A stretch of DNA of 64,000 nt from an uncultured Candidatus Saccharibacteria bacterium (GCA_964586065.1 CAZPFW010000001.1:28086-92085); one strand, 5' to 3'. Shown: positions 8,186 through 18,422, counted from the stretch's first letter. Numbers and translations: made by a program. The notes: generated by a model not told the origin, from the letters alone.

Positions 8186-9136
8186 ATGAAGATAATTTTT
8201 TTAGGAACACCGGATTTCGGATCAGTCAGCTTGGAAAAATTAGTGGAAGCGGGATATGAGCCGAGTCTGATTATCACCAATCCTGATCGCCCAGCTGGAC
8301 GCGGACAAAAACTTAAAGAATCCAATGTTTCGGCTACGGCCAAAAGATTGAATCTTGATACGATCAAGCCCGAGAAACTCTCGGATGCAATAGAAAAAAT
8401 AAAGGAGGTTAATCCTGATTTAATGATCGTTGCCGCTTACGGTCAATATATTCCAAACAGCATAATAGAGATTCCAAAATTTGGGATTCTCAATGTTCAT
8501 CCGTCTCTTTTGCCAAAATACAGAGGATCTTCGCCCATTCAATATGCGATATTCAACGGAGACAAAAAAACCGGTGCTACGATAATGCTTGTCAATGACG
8601 AAATGGATAAAGGCGATATCTTGGCTCAAAAAGAGATAACTATTTCTGAAAGAGAAATTTATCAAAACCTACTGGAGAAATTGAGTCTTTTTGGGGCTAA
8701 CCTTTTAATTGAAACGATTCCAGAATGGGTATCGGGAAAAATAAATCCGATCAAGCAAGACGAATGTAAGGCAGTTTATAGTAAAATTTTAACTCGCTAT
8801 GACGGTAAAATAGATTGGAAAGACGATGCAGATCGGATAGACAGACAAGTTAGAGCTTTTAATCCTTGGCCCGGAACTCATACATATTTCAATTACAAGG
8901 AGGATAAGGAGGAAAGATTACTGAAAGTTTTAAAAGGGAAAGTTCTTGAACAGACTGAATGCGGTCCTTTCGGACCTCCCGGAAAGACATATGTAGCCAC
9001 CAATGGAAATATAGCGGTTCAGACCGGTAAGGATTTCTTCATAATAGAGGAGTTTCAATTAGAAGGGAAAAATCCAACCAAAGTTTCGGATCATCTTGAT
9101 AAAAAACTTGATTTAATAGGTATAATTTTGAAATAA
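8186..9136 (+). CDS. fmt: methionyl-tRNA formyltransferase
   Basis: Formyl transferase N-domain (IIFLGTPDFG, NVHPSLLPKYRGSSPIQ) and a C-terminal domain. Confidence 0.9.
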   Translation: MKIIFLGTPDFGSVSLEKLVEAGYEPSLIITNPDRPAGRGQKLKESNVSATAKRLNLDTIKPEKLSDAIEKIKEVNPDLMIVAAYGQYIPNSIIEIPKFGILNVHPSLLPKYRGSSPIQYAIFNGDKKTGATIMLVNDEMDKGDILAQKEITISEREIYQNLLEKLSLFGANLLIETIPEWVSGKINPIKQDECKAVYSKILTRYDGKIDWKDDADRIDRQVRAFNPWPGTHTYFNYKEDKEERLLKVLKGKVLEQTECGPFGPPGKTYVATNGNIAVQTGKDFFIIEEFQLEGKNPTKVSDHLDKKLDLIGIILK

Positions 9137-9137
9137 C

Positions 9138-9698
9138 ATGATTTCATTCAATGAACTGGGACGCGGAGTAAGAATAGTCTTGGATAACGATCCTTATGAG
9201 ATAATGGAGACAACTCACATGGTGAAAGGAAGAGGAAAATCCGTCCTTCAGGCAAAGGTTAAAAATCTTAGAACGGGTAATTTGCTCTCTAAGACATTCA
9301 GGCCGTCGGAATCATTTGAAGAAGCTGACACATCAAAAACTTCTTTGAAATTTCTTTATAAAAACAGAGGTCAATATTTTTTTTGCGAAGATGGCAATCC
9401 TAAAAACAGGTTCTCATTTGAAGAGCAGACACTCAATCCCGGAGTCGTCTTTTTAAAAGAAAACGAAACAGTGGAAGGGATGTTGTTCAAAGGAGAGATA
9501 ATCAACATCACTCCTCCAATAAAAGTTGAATTGAAAGTCATTGAAGCGCCTCCGGGGGTGAAAGGAGACAGAGCTCAATCGGGGACTAAACTTGTTCGTC
9601 TTGAAACAGGAGCGGAGATGGATGTTCCTCTGTTTATCAAGGAAGGAGATATTATAGAAATTAACACCGAAACAAAAGAGTATATTAAAAGAGTTTAG
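9138..9698 (+). CDS. efp: elongation factor P
   Basis: The KOW-like N-domain (VKGRGKSVLQAKVKNLRTGN) and overall length fit EF-P. Confidence 0.9.
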   Translation: MISFNELGRGVRIVLDNDPYEIMETTHMVKGRGKSVLQAKVKNLRTGNLLSKTFRPSESFEEADTSKTSLKFLYKNRGQYFFCEDGNPKNRFSFEEQTLNPGVVFLKENETVEGMLFKGEIINITPPIKVELKVIEAPPGVKGDRAQSGTKLVRLETGAEMDVPLFIKEGDIIEINTETKEYIKRV

Positions 9699-9724
9699 GA
9701 TTGAAGGTAAATTTCTCTTTTACC

Positions 9725-9967
9725 TTAAAAGATACCCATCTTTTGAGCCGCCAATGATTGAACTTTTCTAAAAGCTTCGTTTATCCCATCTTTCACGATT
9801 TTTTCTTGATCTTTCGGTGACAGATTGTTATTGAGTGAAATGCTCTCAATCTCCATTTTCCCGTTGACAATTATGATAACACCGTCTTTTTCGATTTCAA
9901 TCTTTTCTTTTTTAAGCGAATCCTGAAGATCCTTTAATTGCTTAATCTGTTTTAGTTTATCAAACAT
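9725..9967 (-). CDS. YbaB/EbfC family nucleoid-associated protein
   Basis: 80 aa. An N-terminal MFDKLKQIKQLKDLQDSLKKE helix and a tail ending KMGIF resemble YbaB. Confidence 0.55.
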   Translation of the reverse strand: MFDKLKQIKQLKDLQDSLKKEKIEIEKDGVIIIVNGKMEIESISLNNNLSPKDQEKIVKDGINEAFRKVQSLAAQKMGIF

Positions 9968-9977
9968 TTTGGTTGAT

Positions 9978-10565
9978 TTAATCGTTTATAATTTTTTTCA
10001 GAGTTTGAAAATCATTGATCAACAACTCTTTCTTACTTCTGTCATAAATTACGCTTGCAGGATGAAAGAGCGGTAATATCTTAATGTCCTTAGTAAAAAA
10101 GACTTTTCCTCTTATCATACTGATGGGAGCAATCTTATCTTTTTCCCCAAATTTTTCAAGAATAAAGTACGAAGAGAATCTTCCCAAAGTTACAATTATT
10201 TTCGGCTCTATTATTTTTAACTGTTCTTCCAGAAACGGTGCATAAGCCTCAATCTCTTCCGGGAGGAGATCTCTGTTATTTGGCGGACGATCTTTTACGA
10301 TATTTGTTATATAGACATCTTCTCTTTTCATCTCAATTGATTCAAAGAGTTCGTCTAATATTTTCCCCGCGCTCCCACAAAAAGGCTTTCCTGTAAGAGA
10401 TTCGTTTTTTCCCGGGGCCTCTCCTATAAAGATGACTTTTGCATCATGGGAGCCTTCCCCTATTACGGGGAAAGTTCCATTCTTCTTTCTCTCTTCAGCC
10501 AAGGAAGAACCGTTGAAAGAGAGAACGGCATCTTTTATTTTCTTCATCTGATCTCTTTTATTCAT
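9978..10565 (-). CDS. uracil-DNA glycosylase, family 4
   Basis: GEAPG motif (FIGEAPGKNE) and GSAGKILDEL...ITNIVKDRPPNNR; about 195 aa. Confidence 0.8.
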   Translation of the reverse strand: MNKRDQMKKIKDAVLSFNGSSLAEERKKNGTFPVIGEGSHDAKVIFIGEAPGKNESLTGKPFCGSAGKILDELFESIEMKREDVYITNIVKDRPPNNRDLLPEEIEAYAPFLEEQLKIIEPKIIVTLGRFSSYFILEKFGEKDKIAPISMIRGKVFFTKDIKILPLFHPASVIYDRSKKELLINDFQTLKKIIND

Positions 10566-10581
10566 TAAAAGATTTTTTATT

Positions 10582-11649
10582 TTACAACGCCAATCTGTTA
10601 TCTGATTTAGAAAGTTCCTCTACAAAAACTTTCAACTCTCTTGGAGAGAGATTGGTTTTTATCTTTTTCTTAATTGATAAGATCAAATCCTTTATCTCTT
10701 TGGATGTTTTACCGGAATCTTCTTTGACTTTTTTGAGAGTTTCATTTTCCATTCTCATTCTGAATATCTTTTTTTCATCTTTGTTTAAAAAATTACTCTC
10801 TTCAATCTTTCTGACAACATCATCGCTATTTGTTATATAAAAGAGATCTTTCTGCATCTTCTCATCAGTCCCAACTCTTTCGGCTTTTCCAGAGATTATG
10901 TTTTCATATTTACGACACCAAAAACATCGATTATAGGGAGAATCGCATGAAAAATTTGAAGTATCTATCGTCTCTTTAATCTTGATGGCTTTCTTTTTTA
11001 TTTTAACCAAGGCTTTCTCCGAATCAACGCTTTTTTGAGTTGTTAAATTTGAGCTTGTTTCCAAATACCAATAACTTAATTTTTCAACCTCTTTCTTATA
11101 ATTACTTTTAGCTAATATCTGATATATCGGAAGCTGAAGAGAATCGGAGCTCTCTTTACTCTTGCCTGTCTTAAAATCTATAATATGAAGAGAATCATTG
11201 GGAAGTACCTCAATCCAATCAAAACTTCCAACCAACTGAATCCCGTCATAGAGAGTCATTTTTGGTAAATTATCGTCTCTTCTCAATGCTTTTTTAGAAA
11301 GAATATCAGACTTCTCCACTTTCTTTATCATGTTCACTCCCCTTTTTTTAAACTCGGCTTCTTGCTTGGGTGATACAAAACCACCAACCTTGCCTTCATA
11401 ACGGCTCCAGACACGTTCTAATCGCCCCAAGAGAGAAGTTTTTATCCTTTTTGAGGGTGATAAATCGAGTAGCTCATCTATCACTTCGTGAACCGCCGAT
11501 CCCAAGGAGATGTAAGGATTAACAATTTGAACCCTGTTTCCGGTATCAGGATTTCTGTAGATGTTTGCAAAATAGTAGAGACGAGAGCAATTGTCAAAAT
11601 TTCTAATTGCGGAATGCGATATCCATAATGTTTCTTTAGAATCAATCAT
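10582..11649 (-). CDS. Cas4-like PD-(D/E)XK nuclease (DUF83-type, 4-Cys) with a C-terminal sigma-70 region-4-like HTH extension
   Basis: N-terminal Cys (FDNCSRLYYF), GSAVHEV, the IIDFKTGKSK (DYK-like) motif and a C-terminal CDSPYNRCFWC cluster identify the nuclease. The last ~80 aa (FLNKDEKKIFRMRMENETLKKVKEDSGKTSKEIKDLILSIKKKIK) follow the sigma region 4.2 pattern. Confidence 0.6.
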   Translation of the reverse strand: MIDSKETLWISHSAIRNFDNCSRLYYFANIYRNPDTGNRVQIVNPYISLGSAVHEVIDELLDLSPSKRIKTSLLGRLERVWSRYEGKVGGFVSPKQEAEFKKRGVNMIKKVEKSDILSKKALRRDDNLPKMTLYDGIQLVGSFDWIEVLPNDSLHIIDFKTGKSKESSDSLQLPIYQILAKSNYKKEVEKLSYWYLETSSNLTTQKSVDSEKALVKIKKKAIKIKETIDTSNFSCDSPYNRCFWCRKYENIISGKAERVGTDEKMQKDLFYITNSDDVVRKIEESNFLNKDEKKIFRMRMENETLKKVKEDSGKTSKEIKDLILSIKKKIKTNLSPRELKVFVEELSKSDNRLAL

Positions 11650-11659
11650 TTCACTGTTA

Positions 11660-11863
11660 TCAATCTCGGCTTTCCTTGCGATTCAATTTGTAAGACCAGT
11701 AACTCATAAATCCCGCAAAGACTACAATCAGAGCGCTGTACCATCCCGGGATGTTTTTTGCTCCCACTAAGATATCCAATTCAAGGGCTAATCTGAGAAA
11801 GTGAAGAATTGAAACAAGAGCAAACAGAATTGTTAGTATAAAAAGGAAAATGTTCTTTTTCAT
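11660..11863 (-). CDS. small membrane protein (2 TM)
   Basis: Two hydrophobic helices; 67 aa. Confidence 0.3.
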   Translation of the reverse strand: MKKNIFLFILTILFALVSILHFLRLALELDILVGAKNIPGWYSALIVVFAGFMSYWSYKLNRKESRD

Positions 11864-11875
11864 CCTGTTATTTTA

Positions 11876-13030
11876 TCATTTTAAATCTTTTTGAGCAATT
11901 AACTCCTCAAAAATCTTGACTTGCTTATCTATCATTGTTTGTTCGGAGAAATTTTTATCTACAAATATTTTAGCTCTTTTAACCATCTCTTTGGTCTCTT
12001 CCGAGTTTTTCAAAACAGATTTTAATTTTTCAATAAAATCATCAAAATTATCGGCTACGGCGGCAACTTCTTTTAGGTAAACTTCTTCTTGAATCGGAGA
12101 CTTGAGTGCAACAACCGGTATTTCCGCAGCCATCGCTTCTCCAATAACTAATCCTTGAGTTTCGGTTTGTGAAGAAAAGATAAAAACGTCAGCGCCTCCA
12201 TAGACGGCTTGAGCTTCTTCTTTAGGTAATCCTCCGGAGAAAAACACCTTATCGTCTATTTTCAATTCTTCGGCTTCTTCAATCATTTCTTCAATGTCTC
12301 CGGGACCAACAAAAAGAGCCACAGCATTGAATCCGAGATCGTTGATCTTTTTGGTGGCTTTTAGCAATACCTCAAGATTCTTCTCTTTTGAAACTCTTCC
12401 CACATGAAGAAGTATTTTGGAAGAGGGATCAATTCCAAATTTTTTACAAATTTCCGCTTTTGTGGATTGTTTTTTTGGAATGGAAATTCCGGTGGGAATT
12501 ACATGAATCGGGGTCTTTACTCCATAATTGATAAGCTTTCTCTTCATCATTTCACTTGGAATTATGACAGAGTCGGCTTTATTACAGACAGTCTTGGACC
12601 GCAGTCTCATTGTTGTTGCCCCGATGGGACCCGCATAAATTCTACCGTATTCCTCCACCATCGTATGATAAAAGACAACTTTCGGTTTCTTGCTCTTGAA
12701 GATGAATCTCTCAAAAGCATTGGGAGTCCATGTAATGGTATGGAGCCAATAGGCATCCGGATTAAACTCATCGTTTATCTCTTTTATCTTATTATAAGCT
12801 CCAAAACCGAAAGTTCGCTCTTCTTTTCCAATCAAAACACCGACACTTTTAGTTATTAAAGAGGATGGAGCCAAATAATGTTCTTTTCTAGTTTTTCCAA
12901 TTCCGTAATCGGGAGAAACGATAATGGTCTTAATTCCTTTCTTATTAAAGCCGTCGATCGATCTGTTTATCGATATTGTCACTCCGTTTGGTAATGAGTA
13001 AGTCAGTGAACCAATTAAAATTTTCATCAT
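11876..13030 (-). CDS. glycosyltransferase family 4 (GT-B fold)
   Basis: C-terminal GGADVFIFSSQTETQGLVIGEAMAAEIPVVA motif typical of GT4. Confidence 0.8.
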   Translation of the reverse strand: MMKILIGSLTYSLPNGVTISINRSIDGFNKKGIKTIIVSPDYGIGKTRKEHYLAPSSLITKSVGVLIGKEERTFGFGAYNKIKEINDEFNPDAYWLHTITWTPNAFERFIFKSKKPKVVFYHTMVEEYGRIYAGPIGATTMRLRSKTVCNKADSVIIPSEMMKRKLINYGVKTPIHVIPTGISIPKKQSTKAEICKKFGIDPSSKILLHVGRVSKEKNLEVLLKATKKINDLGFNAVALFVGPGDIEEMIEEAEELKIDDKVFFSGGLPKEEAQAVYGGADVFIFSSQTETQGLVIGEAMAAEIPVVALKSPIQEEVYLKEVAAVADNFDDFIEKLKSVLKNSEETKEMVKRAKIFVDKNFSEQTMIDKQVKIFEELIAQKDLK

Positions 13031-13671
13031 TTTTGTTTTTTAAAATCTTCTAACGAGGTGAGGTCGCTTTCCTTGAATTTTCCAACCCGCGTTCTTTTGA
13101 GAGACTTTAAATAAGCGCCGGTTTTTAATTTACTTCCAATATCTTCCGCCAACGATCTGATATAGACTCCTGGTCCGGTTACGACTCTGATTGAGAGTGT
13201 CGGATAATCATAAGAAAGAAGATTGATCTCTTTAACCAAAACTTTTCTTGGCTTTAAATCGGGATCCTGGCCTTTTCTGGCAATCTGATAAGACTTCTTA
13301 CCCCTTATTTTTATGGCGCTGAACCTGTGCGGCTTTTGATCGATTATTCCCTCAAACGCTTTTAAAACTTTTTTAATTTCTTTAATTGTTGGCTTCCTGC
13401 TACTGGTTTCCGATATCGGTCCTTCCCCGTCTCCCGTAAGGCTGGTTTTTCCAAGCATCACTTCCGATAAATATTCCTTATCCTCTTTTTGAAGAGCATG
13501 TAATTTTTTTGTATTTTTTCCGCCAACACCGATAATCAACAATCCTTCGGCCAACGGGTCGAGCGTTCCCGCATGACCCACCTTATCAGCCTTGGTTAAT
13601 TTTTTGACTCTCTCCACTAATTGATGTGAAGTCAAGCCTTTGGGTTTGTAGATTGCAAAGACGCCCTCCAT
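13027..13671 (-). CDS. truB: tRNA pseudouridine(55) synthase
   Basis: IYKPKGLTSHQLV...GHAGTLDPLAEGLLIIGVG catalytic-Asp motif. Confidence 0.85.
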   Translation of the reverse strand: MEGVFAIYKPKGLTSHQLVERVKKLTKADKVGHAGTLDPLAEGLLIIGVGGKNTKKLHALQKEDKEYLSEVMLGKTSLTGDGEGPISETSSRKPTIKEIKKVLKAFEGIIDQKPHRFSAIKIRGKKSYQIARKGQDPDLKPRKVLVKEINLLSYDYPTLSIRVVTGPGVYIRSLAEDIGSKLKTGAYLKSLKRTRVGKFKESDLTSLEDFKKQK

Positions 13672-14039
13672 TATAAAAATATGATGATAATAACAGTCAT
13701 AACAAAAGTTATGACAAGAGATGTCGTAAACAAGACGCGAAGCTTTCTTTCCTCAAAAAGAACAAAGTTTTCCAATTTCTTTTTGATTTTTCTTTTCGGA
13801 GAAAACAAAAAGATCGCTCCCAATAAAAAAAAGAAGCCAAAAAGAATAATATAGAGAAACGAATCACCTTTCTGATGCCATATCATAACAGAGAAAATCA
13901 AAGATAATAATCCCCAAACCCAAAAAGATAAAAAATATGAGATATTATAAATTAATCGTTTGACTTTCTGAGGTTTTAACAATCCGACAATTGAGAAAAA
14001 AACCGCCAACAATCCAACTAAGCCTAAAAGATGTTTCAT
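13671..14039 (-). CDS. membrane protein, hypothetical
   Basis: 3-4 predicted TM helices and no known motif. Confidence 0.35.
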   Translation of the reverse strand: MKHLLGLVGLLAVFFSIVGLLKPQKVKRLIYNISYFLSFWVWGLLSLIFSVMIWHQKGDSFLYIILFGFFFLLGAIFLFSPKRKIKKKLENFVLFEERKLRVLFTTSLVITFVMTVIIIIFL

Positions 14040-14048
14040 CTGATTTAT

Positions 14049-14366
14049 CTATTTTCTAATTATCTTCCTTCCAGTGGATCTTACTTTTCTAATCTTACCT
14101 ATTATAAAAGAATGGGTATCTTCTTCAAGTCCCAATGTTTTGGCGTTCAGTATGTGACCGGGAGATATTTCGTCTTTTTGGTAGATTAATTTTTGAGAAA
14201 AACGATCAACATCAACAAAGAATCCTTCCGGTTCTATTTCTCGCCACCCTTCAGGTGATCTCTCTGTTGCAGGATAATAAATTTCAACGGTTTCTCCCCT
14301 GGAGATCGCGGAAGCAACCACTTTCAAAACATTTCGGTAATCCATTATCTCGATTCTTTGAATCAT
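14049..14366 (-). CDS. hypothetical protein (105 aa)
   Basis: ORF with coding-like composition and no recognised domain. Confidence 0.35.
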   Translation of the reverse strand: MIQRIEIMDYRNVLKVVASAISRGETVEIYYPATERSPEGWREIEPEGFFVDVDRFSQKLIYQKDEISPGHILNAKTLGLEEDTHSFIIGKIRKVRSTGRKIIRK

Positions 14367-14460
14367 CTTAATTCAATTATAGTTGTATATTGAAATTTTT
14401 TCCAGTCATTAAAAATTAATAATTGAAAAGCTTTTATAATTATAATAGACTAAAAAGTGT

Positions 14461-15960
14461 ATGAAGGTTCAAGATATAATCAACCTTATGGATTCGCCAT
14501 CAAAAGATGACACAAATCTTGTCTTAAGAGCTTTTAATTTTGCGGAATCGGCCCACAAAGATCAAAAAAGATTTTCCGGCGAACCTTATTTCACTCATGT
14601 ATATGAAACTGCAAAAACGTTGGCTAAGTTGGGAATGAGTGCGACGACAATATCAGCCGGTCTTTTACACGATTCTTTAGAAGACGGAGTTGCTTTGGAA
14701 GATGAAATTAGAGAGATTTTTGGAGCCGAGATTCTTTTTTTGGTTAAAGGAACCACTAAACTTGGAAAATTAAAATACAGAGGGGTTGAGAGACACACCG
14801 AAAGCCTTAGAAAGCTTTTTGTTGCAATATCTCAAGACATCAGAGTCATTATTATAAAATTGGCCGATCGTCTCCATAACATGATGACACTCGAGTATGT
14901 GCCGGAGCACAAAAGGAAAAGAATCGCCGCAGAAACGCTTGAAATATATGTTCCGATCGCTTATAGACTGGGAATCAGAAAATTTAACAGAAAACTTGAG
15001 GATTTGGCTTTTCCTTATGTCTATCCAAATGAGTATAAAAAGACCAAAGAATTATCAAGAGCAAGAGCTAAAGAAGATCAGCAAAGATTGGAGAGGTTTC
15101 AAAGAGCGGTTAAAAAAACTTTAGCAAAGAAAGGAATGACCGATTTTAACGTTGATTATAGACTTAAAACCCTCTATAGTCTTTTTAGAAAACTCGAAAG
15201 AAAAGATTGGAACATAGAGAAGATTTATGATATTTCAGCCTTGCGAATAATTGTTAACACTGTTGAAGACTGTTATATTGTATTGGGAATAATTCATGGC
15301 AGATGGAGACCTCTTCCAGGAAGAATCAAGGATTATATCGCTTTTCCGAAACCAAACGGTTACCAAGCTCTTCATACAACAATTTTTACCGGTTACGGCA
15401 ATGTTATAGAGATTCAGATTAAGACCAAAGAGATGCACAGGGAAGCTGAATTCGGTATCGCGTCTCACATCAACTACAAATCAAAAAATCACAAAGACAA
15501 GACCGATAATTTTCTATGGATAAGAAGGCTCCTTCCATTCAAGCCCAACTTCAAAGAGAATGAGCAAGAAAGCATTGATTTTAAAGACGTCCCGGCTTGG
15601 ATAAAAGAGTTGGTTGATTATCAAGAAAGCGAACATGGCAATATGGACAAAGAGGAGTTAAAAACGGATTTCTTTCAGCAAAGAATATTTGTGTTTACTC
15701 CAAAGGGAGATGTCGTTGATCTGCCTATAGACTCAACCCCGATAGATTTTGCCTATGCGATACACTCTGATATTGGAAACAGTGTTTCCGGAGCTAAAGT
15801 AAACGGTAAAATGACGTCACTTGAATCACCCTTGTTGAATGGAGATATTGTTGAGATTATGACAAAAAGATCCGGATTACCGAGAAGAAAATGGTTGGAT
15901 TATGTGAAAACTGCTTCTGCTCGGAAGCACATCAGAGCGGCGATTCAAAAATCAGATTAA
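14461..15960 (+). CDS. RelA/SpoT-family (p)ppGpp synthetase/hydrolase (HD + synthetase + TGS domains; no ACT domain)
   Basis: HD motif (HDSLEDGV), the RelA_SpoT synthetase region (YQALHTTIF...IEIQIKTKEMH) and a C-terminal TGS-like domain (TPKGDVVDLP). Confidence 0.85.
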   Translation: MKVQDIINLMDSPSKDDTNLVLRAFNFAESAHKDQKRFSGEPYFTHVYETAKTLAKLGMSATTISAGLLHDSLEDGVALEDEIREIFGAEILFLVKGTTKLGKLKYRGVERHTESLRKLFVAISQDIRVIIIKLADRLHNMMTLEYVPEHKRKRIAAETLEIYVPIAYRLGIRKFNRKLEDLAFPYVYPNEYKKTKELSRARAKEDQQRLERFQRAVKKTLAKKGMTDFNVDYRLKTLYSLFRKLERKDWNIEKIYDISALRIIVNTVEDCYIVLGIIHGRWRPLPGRIKDYIAFPKPNGYQALHTTIFTGYGNVIEIQIKTKEMHREAEFGIASHINYKSKNHKDKTDNFLWIRRLLPFKPNFKENEQESIDFKDVPAWIKELVDYQESEHGNMDKEELKTDFFQQRIFVFTPKGDVVDLPIDSTPIDFAYAIHSDIGNSVSGAKVNGKMTSLESPLLNGDIVEIMTKRSGLPRRKWLDYVKTASARKHIRAAIQKSD

Positions 15961-16401
15961 ATTTCCGTCTTTATCTATTTCTCTGTTTCGTATTCTTGTT
16001 GATGATATCGGCTTTCCATCTTTAGCCAAGACAAGATCAACCTCTACAATCTCCAAAGGGGTCTTTCCCTCTTTCTCTCTTTTTTCATTTATCTCTTCTG
16101 CGGTTTCTCTATTATCTTTTGTGACCACGATTCTTTCAAAAGAATCATCCAAACTAAACCCAATCGAATCTTCAATCTTTTTTATCTTAATATTTTTATT
16201 TTGAGAGCTCGCAAACTTTAAAATAGAGTTCTCTCTTTCTTTATAATCTTCAACCTCTCTCTGTTTTCTCTGCAAGGCCATCTTATTGGAAGTTAGTCCG
16301 ACAACAACAATTCCAAGTTTAAAAGCGTTTTCAAGAAGGGTTTCGTGACCTTTATGGAAAAGATCAAACGTTCCCCCAACAATTGTTTTTTTATCAATCA
16401 T
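15952..16401 (-). CDS. cytidylyltransferase-like nucleotidyltransferase (TagD/archaeal PPAT-like; possibly phosphopantetheine adenylyltransferase)
   Basis: GGTFDLFHKGH (H-x-G-H) motif and C-terminal ISSTRIRN; 149 aa. Confidence 0.55.
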   Translation of the reverse strand: MIDKKTIVGGTFDLFHKGHETLLENAFKLGIVVVGLTSNKMALQRKQREVEDYKERENSILKFASSQNKNIKIKKIEDSIGFSLDDSFERIVVTKDNRETAEEINEKREKEGKTPLEIVEVDLVLAKDGKPISSTRIRNREIDKDGNLI

Positions 16402-16404
16402 TTT

Positions 16405-17082
16405 TTATTTATTTTTTAAAGTTAATAAACAAACCATCGTTTGAATATAGATTGGTTTATCTCTTCTGTAAGAAAAATAATCTTCATTAGAACAAAATGT
16501 GCAATCTGGGTGAACCTCAACATTTTTTACAAGAATTCCGGAGTGGATTAACCTGTCTTTAGCGTCTAATTTAAGATCGACAAAGGTTTTACTTCCTTTT
16601 TTTCTGACATTTTTGAATTTACTCGCAATCTCTTTTCCCACCTCAAAATGGTTTTTACAAATTCCAGGACCGATGATTGCTCTTAATTCTCTTAAATTCG
16701 ATCCAAATTCGTTTTTGTAAAGATTTACGGCATTCTCTATGATATTGCCAATCAATCCTTTCCATCCGACATGTAAGAGTCCAATGACATTTTTTCTTGA
16801 ATCAAACATGAAAAGAGGAAGACAATCGGCAACAGTCACGGATAGAAGAAATTCAGAATTATCGGTTATCAGCCCGTCACAATATTTAACCTCATTATTG
16901 TTGTTAACGATCTCCACCCTTGAAGAATGTCTCAATATCGGAACAATTAAAGTTTTATTTGATAACCCCGTTTCTTTGACAAAAGATTCGAGATTAGTTT
17001 TTCCGAGCGGAAGTCTCATGTTGCCGTTTTTTCTTTTTGACATTCTTGCAATCACTCCGTCCCCAATATTGAATTGTAGCAT
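16405..17082 (-). CDS. YfiH/PgeF (DUF152) family purine nucleoside phosphorylase / peptidoglycan editing factor
   Basis: Conserved TVADCLP, LHVGWKG and GPGICKNHFEV blocks. Confidence 0.75.
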   Translation of the reverse strand: MLQFNIGDGVIARMSKRKNGNMRLPLGKTNLESFVKETGLSNKTLIVPILRHSSRVEIVNNNNEVKYCDGLITDNSEFLLSVTVADCLPLFMFDSRKNVIGLLHVGWKGLIGNIIENAVNLYKNEFGSNLRELRAIIGPGICKNHFEVGKEIASKFKNVRKKGSKTFVDLKLDAKDRLIHSGILVKNVEVHPDCTFCSNEDYFSYRRDKPIYIQTMVCLLTLKNK

Positions 17083-17128
17083 ATTTTATAGAAAAGGGAT
17101 GTTTGAGTACATCCCTTTATTTTAATGG

Positions 17129-17608
17129 CTAATTGGTGGGAGGAGATAAAATCTCTTTGATCAGTAGTGAAACTTTCTTGCCTCCGAGATCCATGACGGC
17201 CGTTTCTCCCAACTTCAGGTTTTGGATACATCTGCCCACCGGACTCTTTATCGATACTGGAGCGTAAGTATTGGAGTTGTTTCCATAATTTATATGACCT
17301 TCCAAAATGATCTTAATCTCTTCTTCACCATTGTAATCAATAACAGCTCTGTTGCCAATCTTTAGAACGTCGTTTTGATCTTCAGTGATCACTATTTGAG
17401 CCATATCTCTGATTGACTCCAGTTCTGTTAACCTTCTCTCAATAACTCTTTGGTTGAGAGAGTCTTGATGATATGCCGGATCAAAGTTGTCGCTTTTGAA
17501 ACATTGAACGCCTTTGGCTCGACTCTCTATAGCCTCCTTTAACCTCACTTTCTCATTTTGAATTTCAACCAGAAGAGCTTGATAAGTCCACGGAGTTACC
17601 ATTAACAA
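17129..17608 (-). CDS. greA: transcription elongation factor GreA
   Basis: N-terminal coiled coil plus a C-terminal FKBP-like domain; about 158 aa. Confidence 0.8.
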   Translation of the reverse strand: MLMVTPWTYQALLVEIQNEKVRLKEAIESRAKGVQCFKSDNFDPAYHQDSLNQRVIERRLTELESIRDMAQIVITEDQNDVLKIGNRAVIDYNGEEEIKIILEGHINYGNNSNTYAPVSIKSPVGRCIQNLKLGETAVMDLGGKKVSLLIKEILSPPTN

Positions 17609-17678
17609 TTTAAAAACCTCCCTTTTTAAAGATCTGTTAAGTATCTTTATTATACTACAAGATTTTTATTTTACAAGA

Positions 17679-18422
17679 TTAGAGAATTCCTTCTATTCCA
17701 TCTATTAAAATCACAATTTTCGATACCGTTGTAATCTGCTTTCCGGTTTTAATAATCTGTTCCTTGGCAAAAGCTCTATCATCGTCGTCAGAAAGTTCAT
17801 CTGTCAGATCACCACTGAAATTGAGATAGAGTGTTCTTTCTTCCAGTTTGACGGACAACAATTTCGTCTTTGGATTGATTGCAGAGTAAAAACCGTTGGC
17901 TTTTTCATTCGGATTGGGTCCTTCAATCAAGGATTCAAACAAGGTCATTGAGATTTGGTTTTTTGAGATATTCCTTGCGGTTGGAAAAAGATCTTTGCCC
18001 TCGCCAAGTTTTCTAAAAAAAATCGAAAGATTGATAAGATCTTCTTTATCACTCCCGACTTTTATCAATCTGTTATCCGTTTCGGAGAATATATTATCCG
18101 TTATTGCATTGACAACTTCTCCGTTTAAGACGAGGACGACTATTCTATGCATAACCAAATCTTCAACTAAGTCTTCCTTACTTCTATCTCCATAACCCCT
18201 ATATGTTGAGTTAAAATTGAAAGATATTGAGTAATCTTTAGACTCAATGAACTCAAGATTCGAACCGTCAAAAGTATAGGTGGGAGAATTGTTTAGAATC
18301 CATTCTTTGGCTATCTCTTCGGGAGTGACGACAAAACTCTTTTTTATTCTGGGTAAATACAGGATTCCGATAGTCAGAAGAGTTACTGTTATAATAATTA
18401 GAATTATTGTATTTTTTTTCAT
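17679..18422 (-). CDS. membrane-anchored GerMN-domain-like protein
   Basis: N-terminal TM/signal anchor. The C-terminal region follows the GerMN pattern (LIEGPNPNEKANGFYSAINPKTKLLSVKLEERTLYLNFS). Confidence 0.4.
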   Translation of the reverse strand: MKKNTIILIIITVTLLTIGILYLPRIKKSFVVTPEEIAKEWILNNSPTYTFDGSNLEFIESKDYSISFNFNSTYRGYGDRSKEDLVEDLVMHRIVVLVLNGEVVNAITDNIFSETDNRLIKVGSDKEDLINLSIFFRKLGEGKDLFPTARNISKNQISMTLFESLIEGPNPNEKANGFYSAINPKTKLLSVKLEERTLYLNFSGDLTDELSDDDDRAFAKEQIIKTGKQITTVSKIVILIDGIEGIL

